Positions 13,024 to 25,599 of a stretch of 64,000 nt of DNA are shown here, piece after piece. The notes below the pieces were generated by a model. That model worked only from the letters and a program-made list of their open reading frames with translations, was not told where the DNA came from and made no database searches. The number at the start of each line of letters is the position of its first letter. Positions within the stretch are counted from its first letter, which is position 1. Position numbers and translations under genes: made by a program. The DNA lies in NCBI RefSeq assembly GCF_009834535.1, contig NC_045696.1, positions 61,754,001 to 61,818,000 of the forward strand. The letters run 5' to 3'. The DNA comes from Camelus ferus (taxonomy: Eukaryota).

Positions 13024-14566
13024 CAAAATGGAAGAGAATAGAGAGCCCAGAAATAAATCCACAAACTTTTGGTCAATTAATCTTTGACAAAGGAGACAAG
13101 AACATACAATGGAATAAAGACAGTCTCTTCAGCAAATGGTGTTGGGAAAACTGGACAGCTGCATATAAATCAATGAAGTTAGAAAACTCCTTCACACTAT
13201 ACACAAAAATAAACTCAAAATGGCTTAAAGACTTAAATATAAGATAAGACACAATAAACCTCCTAGAAGAAAACATAGGCAAAACATAAGACAAGACACT
13301 ATAAACCTCTTAGAAGAAAATGTAGACAAAACATTCTCTGACAGAAATCTCAGCAATGGGCAGTCTACCCGGGCAATAGAAATAAAAGCAAAAATAAGAA
13401 AATGGGACCTAATAAGCTTTTGCACAGCGAAGGAAACCATAAGCAAAACAAAAACACAACCTATGGAATGGGAGAAAATATTTGCAAAAGATGAGACTGA
13501 GAAGGGGTGAATCTCCAGAATATATAAACAACTCATACAGCTTAATAAGAAAAAAAAACCCATTCCAAAAATGGGCAGAAGACCTAAACAAGCAATTCTC
13601 CAATGAAGACATACAAATGGCCAACAGGCACATGAAGAAATGCTCAGTATCGCTAATTATCAGAGAAATGCAAATCGAAACTACAATAAGGTATCATCTC
13701 ACACCACTCAGAATGGCCATCATTGAAAAGTCCACAAATGATAAATGCTGGAGAGGGTGTGGAGAAAAGGAAACCCTCTTACACTGCTGGTGGGAATGCA
13801 GTTTGGCGCAGCCTAGTATGGAGATTCCCCAGAAAAGTAAAAATAGACTTACCATATGATCCAGCAATCCCACTCCTGGGCATATATCGAGAGGGAACCT
13901 TAATTCAAAAAGATACATGCACCCCAATGTTCATAGCAGCATTGTACACAATAGCCAAGACATGGAAACAATGTAACTGTCCACTGACAGATGAATGGAT
14001 AAAGAAGCTGTGGTATATTTATACAGTGGAATACTACTCAGCCATAAAAAATAATAATGTCATTTGCAGCAACATGGATGGACCTGGAGACTGTCATTCT
14101 AAGTGAAGTAAGCCATAAAGGGAAAAAAAAATACCATATAATATCACTTATATGTGGAATCTAAAAAAAGAAAAAGATAAACAAGCTTATTTGCAAAACA
14201 GAAATCACTTATATGTGGGATCTAAAAAAAAAAAAGACAAACTAATTTATTTGCAAAACAGAAAAAGACTCTCAGAAAACAAACTTGTGGTTACCAGAGG
14301 GGAAAGGGATGGGAGGGGATAAATTGGGAGTTAACAGATTTGCAGATACTAACTTATACATATATAATAGATAAACAAGAAGTTCATGCTGTATAGTGCA
14401 GGAAACTATATATTCAATATCTTGTAGTAACTTACGGTGAAAAAGAATATGAAAAGGAATGTATGTATGTTCATATAGAACTGAAGCATTGTGGTGTACA
14501 CCAGAAATTGACACAACATTGTAAACTGACTATACTTCAATAAAAATATGCATATTAAAAAAAAAA
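13024..14566 (+). mobile_element. 5'-truncated L1 (ORF2 C-terminus, 3' UTR, poly(A))
   Basis: ORF2-like peptides ([60 protein letters not shown]), AATAAA at 14539, A tail at 14557-14566. Confidence 0.95.
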
Positions 14567-14569
14567 CCT

Positions 14570-16036
14570 GGACGTTCACCAAGGCAGCCCTCAAGTGTTC
14601 AGTGGCAGTTGCGCAGCTGGAGCCTGCTGGAAGTGGAAGTGCAGAGGATCTGAGCATCTTACATTAAACTGCATGGCTGCATTCAAGATTGTAACAGGGC
14701 TGTGGAACTTCATCTGTTCTCAGTCAAGCCTCTTCTTCAATGAGCAATGGCCTATGAAACTTCAGAGCAGTATGAGAAAGCTTATGTGGATTATAAAACC
14801 GTGTTGCACACAGACTGCAGAATCCAGATAGCAAATGACAGTATTAACAGAATAACAAGAATTTTAATGGCTCTGGGTGGACCAAGCTAGCAGGAGAAAC
14901 TGCTGCGCAGTTGCGAGCCTGGCAGCCTGCAGCAGAGTCGCCCCTAGAACAAGTGGGAAACTGCTGCAGCCATCACCAGCCAGGCATCACAGATGAAAAT
15001 CATGTTTAAAACCCTTAAAGAAGAAGGAAATCAATGTGTAAAGGACAAAAACTATAAAGATGCCCTTCACAAATACAGTGAATGCTTAAAGATTAACAAG
15101 GAATGTGCTATTTATACCAACAGAGCTCTGTGTTACTTGAAGCTGTGTCGATTCGAAGAGGCAAAGCAGGACTGTTAATCAGGCGCTTCGGACAGATAAC
15201 AAGAATGTGAAAGTGTGCTGTAGATGAGCCCTTGCTTGTAAAGGATTCAAGAATTATCAAAAAAGTTTAAACGATCTCAGTAAAGTTCTCCTGCTAGACC
15301 CAAGTTTGTTGAGGCAAAGATGGAACTGGACACGGTAACTAGAATCCTTAATATTCAGGATAATGCAGCATCATTCAACAAAGAAAAGAAGAGAAGGAAA
15401 ATTGAAATTCAAGAAGTGAATGAAGGCCATAAGGAAGAGCCTGAAAGGACCTCGGAGGAGATCTCTACTGACTGCCTTGCTTCTGAGAAGGGGAACACGA
15501 GCAGAGGGGCTGAGAATTCCCATGAACAACTGCTGATCATCAAGCCTAACAACGCCTACGCATTTGGTCAGGTTATAAATGCCATCAGTATTCGGAAAGA
15601 TAAGCCTGTGCACACCTTTTAGCCATCATGGAACCAAAAGATTTGCCAATGTTGTTGAGTAACAAACATGAAGGGGATACCTTCCTACTCCTCATTTAGT
15701 CTCTGAAAAATAGTCTTATTGATAAAGATCTCTCTTTGGTGTATCAGCATCTTTTGTATCTGAATAAAGTAGAAAGGTTTAAGATGATGTTAACACTGAT
15801 TAGCATGGGTCAAAAGGAACAAATTAAACAGCTCTTTGATGACCTCTCATACACCAAGCAAAAATTTTACTTTAGGAGATGTACAGGCCCTCAAAAGGCA
15901 GTATGAACTTAAAATTGAGATTATTGTTAGATTTCTTCCATGCATCTATGTGTTCCAGTAATGCTAATGAGACAGTATTATAATAGTGTAATAGTGTTGC
16001 ATGGATAAAACCTGACTAAGAAAAGAAAAAAAGAAG
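14570..16036 (+). pseudogene. SPAG1: SPAG1 processed pseudogene (5'-truncated; TPR repeats and C-terminal domain)
   Basis: Intronless translations match SPAG1 (LEPAGS..DLSIL, AYVDYKTVL, LKEEGNQCVKDKNYKDAL, RALCYLKLC.FEEAKQDC, KPNNAY.FGQ, QALKRQYEL). In-frame stops at 14888, 15176 and 15225 plus frameshifts; short 3' UTR with GATAAA at 16004 and an A-rich tail at 16018-16036. Confidence 0.93.
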
Positions 16037-16641
16037 ATAAACATCTGTCTTGATTTATCACTTCATGAAGTAATACACATGATGTGACCAGCTGGTTTGG
16101 AAGAATCATCTGACTATATGTCTTCTGCACCACCTTCTTAGATCCCACCCCCATTCCTTTTTTTGACCACCAGTAGTTTTTTCACTTCAGGCAGTCTTTC
16201 TCATACACACATAATGAACTTTTTTTACACTCTTCTCCAACTAGGTGCCCCCCAAAATGTTTATTTTCCCCCTTTACCTTCTCTCATTCTTCCTCTTTTG
16301 TAGGTTGAAAAATAAATCGTGGGATATAAAATATACAGTAGTGCTGTGACATACTCCCATCAAGGAAGACAAAAAGCTGTAAGATTTAGAATGGAATTTG
16401 ATAAAATTCTTTACTCCTCAAGTCTTCTCAAATTATACCTACTTTTCTTCAACTACTATCATTCTAAATAAATTTTTTAAGTTATTTTTAATTTTATCTA
16501 AAAACAGTTGCCATTCTTTCCATTGTACATATGCAAAGTTTTATTCACTTACATGTATTAAATAACTTCATAATCAAATCAGGATCTAATTACCAATCAA
16601 AACTTTGTTTAGTGAGGTGTTATTTCCTAACATATATACTT

Positions 16642-16857
16642 CTTTTTTAATTGAAGTATAGTCAGTTACAATGTGTCAGTTTCCTGTATACAGCATAATG
16701 TTTCAGTCATGCATATACATACATATATTCCTTTTCATATTTTTCATTATAGGTTACTACAAGATATTAAATATAGTTCCCTGTGCTATACGGAAGAAAT
16801 TTATTTTTTTATCTATTTTATATATAGTAGTTAATATTTGCAAATCTCAAACTCCCA
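16642..16857 (-). mobile_element. L1 3'-end fragment
   Basis: Reverse complement of the L1 3' UTR seen at 14325-14545. Confidence 0.88.
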
Positions 16858-17263
16858 TAGTCTTCGTCTTAGAATTCTCTTTTTTAAGACCATGTTGTCT
16901 GTTTACTGGAACATTTACTCCTAGAATCAATTGATTCAGTGGATATACTTTGATATGTTAGTGTTACCATGCTTTCCAAAATGTACCATAGTCCTCTTAA
17001 TAGGATGTGACTTTTCAAAGATGCCCTCAGCTAGCCATTTACCAACTTTGTTAGGGAAGGTTGCCTATATTGGTAACCAATTTTGTCTCTTTAAGTTTTA
17101 CAAATTTCGCAGATTTAACTTTATCATCTGCAAAATTTGTAACGTTTTCTAATTTGAAGTTGGAGAGGGGATTATTACTGTTTTGTACTTGTCCATACTA
17201 TGTTTTACTTTGTTATTAACGCTATGTTTTTGTCTATTTCAGGCCATATCATAATTCAGAATC

Positions 17264-17450
17264 ATGTCTGATAACGGAGAACTGGAAGACAAGCCTCCAG
17301 CGCCCCCTGTGCGAATGAGCAGTACCATTTTTAGCACTGGAGGCAAAGACCCTCTGTCGGCCAATCACAGTTTGAAACCGTTGCCCTCTGTTCCAGAGGA
17401 AAAAAAGCCCAGGAATAAAATCATCTCTATATTCTCAAGCACAGAGAAAG
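17264..17450 (+). CDS. PAK2: PAK2 coding exon 1 (gene exon 2; exon starts at 17243); N-terminal proline-rich SH3-binding motif
   Basis: tttcag acceptor at 17241-2, ATG at 17264, MSDNGELEDKPPAPPVRMSS...IFSSTEK, gtaatt donor at 17451. Confidence 0.98.
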
Positions 17451-17954
17451 GTAATTAGCTACTGTGGTTTCAGGAGTCTCAATTATTATTTTGTATTACT
17501 GGTTTTGATATCTTTTTAATTAAAGTATAAGAAGTTATCTTTTACGGTGATAAACATACAATTGGTGATATATAAACACTATTAGAAAGGCTAATTTATT
17601 TTAAACTGTGGTAGAAAAGAATAAAGTTGTTGCTCATCCTACTCTTGTTACATCCAATGAATTTCTGTACTTCTTTCCTTCATTTTCTAAGACTTGGGCC
17701 ATAATTTATGACTTCCCAACATTAATGACATTTGTGATATTTGAGAGAGACTATTAAAGTATGGTAATATAGTCTACAGTATCTTGAATGAAATCTCTGA
17801 AGCCAGCTGTGTTTTGGAATTAAGAGTTTTTCTGACTTTTGAGTAGTAGTAATACTATCTTTTTATCATGTATTCTGTAATCTCCTCAGATTCATCTGAG
17901 GCAACACTCAGTAATCAACACATTAATGTATCTTCTATAAGCAAGAGTCTAGTC

Positions 17955-18169
17955 CAGGGTTTATCAACCTCAGTAAGAATGACATTTGAGGGCCAAATAA
18001 TGTCTTGTTGCAGGGATCTGTCCCAAGCACTATAGGATGTTAAGCATCATTCCTAGCTTTTACCTGCTAGATATTAGTGGCACCTCCTACCCAGTTGTGA
18101 CAATTGAAAATGTCTTCAAACGTTGCTAGATGTTCCCAGAGCAAAATTGCCTCCAGTTGAGAACCACTG
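17955..18169. mobile_element. MER20-like hAT MITE nested in a Tigger-like element (~17776-18315)
   Basis: CAGGGTTTATCAACC ... CCAGTTGTGACAA ... GTTGAGAACCACTG; flanks resemble the NTCTAGAN hAT target. Confidence 0.8.
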
Positions 18170-20490
18170 ATCTAATTACACAAAGTGGGGTAAAGACTGT
18201 AAATAGTCTTAACGTTAGTTGAATTCACATTTGTTTTGGTGCCAAACCTAAGGAAAGAACTTTTGTTTTTCGGAGCTTTATAGATTTTAGAATTGGATAA
18301 GGGATTATGGACTGTAATGGATTTTAGAATAAAGGCTAGGGGTTGATTTATTTTATTATGTTAAGCATGGTAGTATGGCTCTGATAGCTAGTAATAGATA
18401 AAAGTGGAGATAAAGATATATTTCCACTTAGATATCTAAGTTTACATGGAGAGGTAAACCCAAGTGGAAGAAAACAGTGCTTTGTATATAACAACAAATA
18501 CACATTTAATTTGAGAGTTAAAAATACATAATCAGTAAAAATTTGAAGGAGGTAATAGTATAGTTAATACTAATAGAGAATCTAGATTTGCAGACAGGAT
18601 ATAATTATTGAACAGTTGAAAACCTGGGCATTTTAATCTGTATCTCTTATTTCTAATTTTCCTTTTATTTTTAAAATTTCATATTAGGTTGTAACTGAAA
18701 AGCCCCCTGGAAGTATGTTTTTTAAGTTTATTAACAGAAGTGGTAGCATGTGTATTTGGCATGTTTGAGAATGAAAAATGTATGTGCTTAGACAGGATTA
18801 AGCAAAAGATAAAGGGGGAAATTAGGAAATGAACCTAAAAGTATGTGTGTAAAGAAGGCAAATAAAGTTTATACGTTGTAGAGCACTAAATCCTCATCTT
18901 TCCTCATCATAGTAGTAAGTCAGTGTATTGTAAACCTAAAAAATGTCAGTGTAAACATGGTATTTGTAATTATGAAAGCCAGAAAAAAAATTTATGGAGG
19001 TTAATACCAGAAGAAATTGCTCAAAGGGTAGAAATTATTTGCCTGTGGAGAGCAGAATGCAAAATGGGGTAAGGGAATGCCCAAGATAGGATAAAATGTA
19101 CTTGGGGACAGCCTTGGAAAGAGGAAAAGAAGAGCACAAAAGAGAAAGTACGGACAGTCCAGTACTTTGGGTAAATTGGTGGGGTTTGTGAGCAATTTGA
19201 ACATGCTTTTCCGTAGATGCAGAAAAGCATGCCTGCCTCTCTGATCATAATTGAGAATCTTCCAGTTTTACCCTCCTTCATTAACTTCCTTTTCTTTTCC
19301 TTTCTCCCAGAAATACTTATCAGCTGTAACTAACTCATGGTCACCCCCAACAAAGGGAAACTGAGGGTCCTGGAGTCCTAGGGATGGCTTTGATTACCTT
19401 TAGTTTTATCAGCTTTTGAGGGCTGTAATTGACATCCATTAAAATTTTTTTTGGAGATTTGTTTTCTTGTGCTTCTTGTATTCAATACATAATAACTTTT
19501 TAGTGCTAGTCTTAAAAATTTACAAGCTCTTAAAAAAAAAAAACTTTGCCTTTCTTATCCAATACCTTTTCTTCTTTCTCTTAAAAAGTAGAAAATGTCG
19601 AACATATACAAAGTATAACAGTCTAACAAACCTTGTAACCCAGATTCAACAATTATTCTTTCTCCACTTACTCTTTAGGTAAAATTTACCTATGTTGAAA
19701 TACAATTTTGACAAATGGATACACCTGTGTAAGCCATTACCATTCTCCCCATATCACATCATGCACCATATCCATCTCCCCAGAAAGCTCTTTCACATCC
19801 TGTCCCAAACAGTCTACTCCTCCCCCCTCTTTAGGCAACCTCTGTCTGACTTTTTACCTTTGATCAGTTTAGCCTGTTATAGAATTTTGTATAAATAGAA
19901 TTTTTCCTTAATTTTTTAGTTTTGTAGTAACATCATACACATGGGAGTATAGTGTACATAATGTATATATTTTAATAAACACTCTTGTAGTGACCACCCA
20001 GCCTAGAATTTTTATCAGTATGCCCTGAAATCCCCATCTGCCGTGTCCCGTCTTTTCCTTCCCCTCCTCCTCTTCTGCAATATCCACCACCCTGAATTTT
20101 GCATTTTTAATTTCTTGCTTCTTACTATAATCTTATGACATAATATCCCCAAATAATTATGACTTAAGTTTGCCTATTTGGGAACATTTTATAAATGGAG
20201 TTATACTACAGCATATGCATATTTTCAGGATGTATGTTTTCCATTGAACTTTATGTTTTTGAGATTTATGTTGATATTTATAACTGTAGTTCACTTTCAC
20301 TGGTGATGTTGACATATGTAGCTGTAGTTTGTTCATTTTCACTGCTTATACTAGTACGCTGTATAAATATATGGCAATTTATTTACCTGGTCTCCTATCA
20401 ATAGACATTTGGATTGTTTTCATGAACAATGCTGCTATGTGTACTTTTGAACATATCTCTTGGTGGCTATGTGCAAGTATTCTTCTAGGG

Positions 20491-20700
20491 CAGTGTTTTT
20501 CAAACCTCAGGTTGTTTTGATTCTAATTGCTTATTAGAATCTCTTGGGAAGCTTAATTAAATAAATCTGTGTCCATGCTCGTCGCAGACCAATTGTATCA
20601 GTCTTCAGAAGCTTACCTGGGCATCAGTTTTGGTTTTACTTTTGATTTTTTTTTAATACCTCAGGTGATTCTAATGTGCGTCTAATGTTAAAAACCACTG
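20491..20700. mobile_element. MER5-like hAT MITE
   Basis: CAGTGTTTTTCAAA ... CAGGTGATTCTAATGTGC ... AAAACCACTG. Confidence 0.75.
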
Positions 20701-21949
20701 CATTGTGGTTTATGAAATCTATATAGTGGATAACACTAAATGAAATAGAACATAAATAAGAGTATATAGAACACAGTGAGTCTTGTTTCAGTTGTATGTG
20801 TGTGGTTGGGTCAGGATATAAAATGTATTGATGTGGATCCTGGCCAAAGACTTAAAGGTTGCTATGAGGTATATACTTAGTAGTAAAATTGTTGGGTTAC
20901 AGGGTATTCCCATGTTTGACTTGACAAGGTTTATCAAATTGCTTTCTAAAGCGTTTGTTTGTTTGTTTGTTTGTTTGTTTGTTTCAATGTTCATTCTCAC
21001 CCACAGAACATGTTCCCACTGCTGAACATCCTTGCAAATTCTTGTATTATGGGACTTTAATGTTTGCCAATTTGAGAGTTGTGAAATGATATCTCTTTGC
21101 AGTTTTAATTCCAGTTTCCCTGATGACTTGGGATTAGATGTCTTTTCACATGTTAATTTACTATTCATTTGTGTTTTCTGTGACAAATCTGTTTTTTAAT
21201 CCATTTTTCTATTCAGTTGTTTTTCCTTGTCTGTTATTAATAAACATTCCTTATAGTCTATATACTAATCCTTTGTCAGCTGTATGTTATTAAATACAGT
21301 TTTCCAGGTTGCACTATACCTTTTCACCCTTTTAGTGGTATCTGTTGATGAATAAAAGTTACTAATTTTGGTGTAGTTGAGTTGATCAGTTCCTTTCCTT
21401 TGTCTAAAGTTTGAGCTTTTTGTAATTTAAGAAATTTTTGCCAAACTAGGGATCAAAGATATTGTCTTACGTTTTTCTAAAAGTTTTACGGTTTGGGTTT
21501 TACAGTTTAAACCTTTAACTATCTGGATTTGGTTTTTGTGTATTTGTTAAGAGAGATTCATTTTCACCTTTTAAAAAAAATACCTTTATTGTGGTATGGG
21601 TCCTGTACAGTAAACCACACATGTTTCCAATGTACAGTTTGATCATTTTCACCTTTTTTTTAAACCAATGTTCCAGACCATTTATTGAAACTTTTATCAT
21701 TTCACCACTGACCTGCAAATACTAGCTATTATCTGTCAGGTTTCTGTGTGTGCCAGGATCCGTTTCTGTGTTTTCTGTTTTATTGTGTTGGCTTACTTGT
21801 CTGTACCTGCACTAATACTATACTGCCTTAATTGTTATAGCTTCTAATTCTTAATAACTAATAGAGCAAATCTGGGGCCCGGTGGTTCTTCAGGATCTTT
21901 CAACCTTTGCTCTTCTCTGTAAATTTTAGAATTTGTTTCTCGTGTACTT

Positions 21950-22025
21950 TTTTTTTATTATTGAAGTACAGTCAATTACAATGTGTCAATCTCTAGTACA
22001 CAGCACAGTGTCCCAGTCATACATA
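21950..22025 (-). mobile_element. Short L1 3'-end fragment
   Basis: TTGAAGTACAGTCAATTACAATGTGTCAAT; TSD TTGTTTCTC(GT/AC)GTACTT at 21933-21949 and 22026-22042. Confidence 0.85.
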
Positions 22026-22829
22026 TTGTTTCTCACGTACTTAAAAAAGAAACCAACCTGTAGATGCTTTGATTAGAATTGCACTGAATTTGTAAGTTGG
22101 TAAGTTGGGGAGAATTGCATTCAACTTTGTAGTTGAGAGTAGAACATTGGCAGAGTCTATGTAATCTGCTTGGAGGGAGATATTTAGGAGTGTGCAATTT
22201 TCATTTGGACTGAGAGAAAAAGATGGAATGTTTGGAGGGTAGGCTGCTGTTTAATTCCCCCTATTCCTGGGGCTCTTCTCTCTCTTTCCAACCCATTCTC
22301 CCACTCTTAACAGTTCCTTTCTGAAAGCTAACACCTCTCACAAGACCTGAACCTTAAGGGTTAGGAATGAGGTTTAGGAATGTGGATGTATGTGCACATT
22401 CATGCTTATATGAATACAGAAATATACCTGCAGTTGCATTCTCCTGCCTGCATCCTGAGCTGCTGTTTCTCTCTCTAGTTTTATCCTAATGGCTTTTCAT
22501 CTTTGGGCGTTCCTTACAGATTTATGATGAATAAAGAGGTTTGGTGTAGAAGGGGAGGGCTACATTATATGCTTGCTCTATCATCTTGAAACAGAAGTAT
22601 AAAAGGGAAAAAATTCTATTTTTAAAAAATTATCATGACCCTAAGATCTTTGCCATCTCTAATGTAATGATCTAGAGATATTAATTTTATTGTACTCAAC
22701 CTTATATCCCTTATTGTTGTCCTTACTAATAGACAGCTCATATTTTCATTAAAAAAGAGAAAGACTCTAGAGTATCTTTAGTTACTCATTATTGGTTTTA
22801 ATCAATGTCATTGGAAAATAAATAAATAA

Positions 22830-23520
22830 ATCTTTTTCACATTTCTGCTAACTATGTATCATGTGCACTCTGTGAGTCATCAGAGATTCCATGACAAGCA
22901 AAGCAGATAGTATCCCTACCCTCATGGCACTAATCAAAAACTACAGCATGTAATTACAAACTGTGAAAAGTGATAGTAGAGATAGAGTAAGATGTCTGTT
23001 GTATCTGGGAAGGCTTCCTAAAAAACTAACATTAGAGCTGAAGACTAAAGAATTAGTAAGTGAAAACAGGATTTTGATAGTTAAAAATTATGTTCCATGC
23101 CTGGAAAAGAGTTTCAGTGGCCCTGCTGCAGGAGGGCTCAAAGCACATTCGTGGAGCTGAGTACGGTCCAGTGTGATTTGAAAGCAGAGAGGAGAAGAGA
23201 ATAATAGTGTATGATGCATGTAGAAAGCTACAGACAGCAGAAGAGGCTAAAGAGGTAGGCAGGGAGCAGGTCACAAAGGGCCTTGTATTCCATGCTACAG
23301 AGCTCAGATTTTACCCTGTTTCCTGGGAAACCATTACAGAATTTTACTCAGGGGAAAGACCTGGTTACGTTTCTGTCTTAAATAGGCAAGACTGGTAGCT
23401 GTATAGAAAATAGGTTTTGTTGGAGGTCTAAGACTGAAGTTGGAAACTAGTTAGGAGGATTTTGCAGTAGTCCAGGTGAGAAGTGGGCTTAACAAGTCTA
23501 GTAGTGTTGATAATGAAAAT
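22830..23520. mobile_element. L2 fragment
   Basis: L2-like phrases (CCCTACCCTCATGG, GAGCTGAAGACTAAAG, GCAGTAGTCCAGGTGAGA). Confidence 0.7.
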
Positions 23521-25599
23521 GGCAATAAGCCATTGTCTTGGCTTATTTTTAAAAGCTATTCAGTTAGCTAGTGTTGAGTGGTGTGTGTTTATAAACTAAA
23601 GCAATTTTCACATCTAATTATTCAACCTATATGCACCTTCACCTATGAAGATGATAGAATTAGAACTGTAAATATCCCTTCAGGTCTAAAAATCTAATTC
23701 TGAAATTAATAATAGTAGCCCAGACTCCACTGCCTGTTTCCTAGAGAATACTCTTCTGTGTGATGGAACAAGTTTAGTTCACCCAATTTGAAGCTGTTTT
23801 TGGTCAGAAGAACAAAGGAGTAATCACTGATTCTATTAAACCAAAAGAAAAGTGTTCCTTTGAAAGATATAGGGGCTTTTTTTAGCCTTAGACTCTAACT
23901 CAAATGCAGTCTAAAAGGTGGTGGTCTTAAAGAATGTGGTAGTGGCATACTTAGGATTCTTTTAAGTACCTTTTGTGTAGCACATCACTCAGGGTCCCCA
24001 CTTCTTAGCTGTTGCTGTCTGCCTGCTTGTTTTGTTGTGTCATGAAGTTGAAAAATAACTAAGAATCTTTTATTCCCCCTGTACACGAACGAAAGTAAAC
24101 TATTAGTTTTGTGCATTTTTATTAAAAGAAGTTTCTTCCCCTAGTCCATTACTTCCCATCAAGTGATCCAGTTGCTGTGTGGACATCCTGTAGAAAGATG
24201 ATTGTGGTTTTTTTGTTGTTATTGGTCCTTGTAGTTCTTGGATTCCAGAGTTATAAAGCAGTGATTCTGTTTACATAGCAATATCCTTCCAGCACATTGT
24301 TTGATTTGAGACATGCTTCAGTATCTTTTTGTTTTAGATACCATTTTTAATATCGCTTTCTCCTACTACCAGAACTACTGAAATACAGGGAATATTTGTG
24401 TGTGTGTGTGTTATATAAAACAAATGAAATTAAACAGATTTTTAGGGTATTGTGTCTCAAGTTCTGCTTAATCGTTTTCACTTCTTTCCTTTAACTTTTT
24501 ATTCTATACTCCTAAGATATATGAAACTTTCTATTAAATGTCTGTAAATTTTTCAGCATTTCCAAGTTCAAAAATATGACAGGGCCTTAGACACAGCAGG
24601 GACCAGGAATTCTCTTGCTGTGTGTCTTGTTTTCCCCCTTTCTGTGTATCTCATCATATTTCTTTCTTATATCAGACTGATTTTTTTTTTCTCTATGTGT
24701 TAGGAAATATAGCCCTCAACAGTTCCTGGACTTTGTTCCTTATAACTTCATTCACTGGTGAGAGACTGAGTCTCGATGCTAAGTCTGGCTTAGTTTAGGT
24801 ATTCACTCCTGAGCCAGTCTAATTGGGAGTGTGTGGATAACTATGGTTGATGTGGCTTGAATTAGATGCATACCTAGGACCAGTCCATCTATAATCAGGG
24901 TCTTAGAAGAAAATAGCATCTTTTCCAACTAGATACATATCAGAAGTGAATGCTGAGTAGATTTTTTAAAAAGATGAAACAAGTACTTTTATATAGTACA
25001 TGAAATTGTATGTTTTTCTGTTAGCAGTTCAGAGCCATGTAAAAAGTAAGCTATTAGTTTATAGTTGATTAATAAATATTTCCTCCTATATGCAAGATAC
25101 CAAGCACAAGTGCCTGTGTGCATGCACACACACATATAGCAGTGGGAGTTGCGTGTAGTACGCAAGCTGAAAAGAGGGGGAATTAGTTGAAAATCTATAT
25201 ATAGGATGTGTTGAAAGCCCTCAGGGCCCCTCCTTTATCCCATAGCCGTGCAAATATAATTCCCATCCTTTGGGAGAACAAAAGAAAAAAAATGTTATTT
25301 ATGTTTATTTCAGGAGAACTAAATCTGAGAAGCTCCTTATTCTTGTCAGGGGAGTCAGAAAAAGGTGTAGCACCATAATAAAACAAGGCAGATTAAAAAA
25401 AGTTAACATACTGAACTCCTTTCTAATGTCCTGCTTTTAGAGCACTTGTACCTTGGGTCAAAGCCCTCAGACAAGTGATTGAAAGGTTTTTCTCTGGATA
25501 AACAGAATGTCCTGGGAAAAAATATCTTAGATACCCCACACCCTATCCCCATCTTTAATGACAAGGCTGACTTATCTCCCAGTTAACTTTTTAATACTT

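Larger units (their letters stand above)
19560..22130 (-). mobile_element. Ancient antisense L1 fragments
   Basis: T-rich L1M-like ORF2 and 3' UTR phrases; borders approximate. Confidence 0.65.

Noticed and set aside
13073..14514. Overlapping ORFs on both strands
   Set aside because: Broken L1 ORF2 frames and their antisense shadows; no intact reverse transcriptase or endonuclease.
14993..15622. TPR-protein ORFs as a functional nested gene
   Set aside because: Fragments of the SPAG1 retrocopy, bounded by premature stops and frameshifts.
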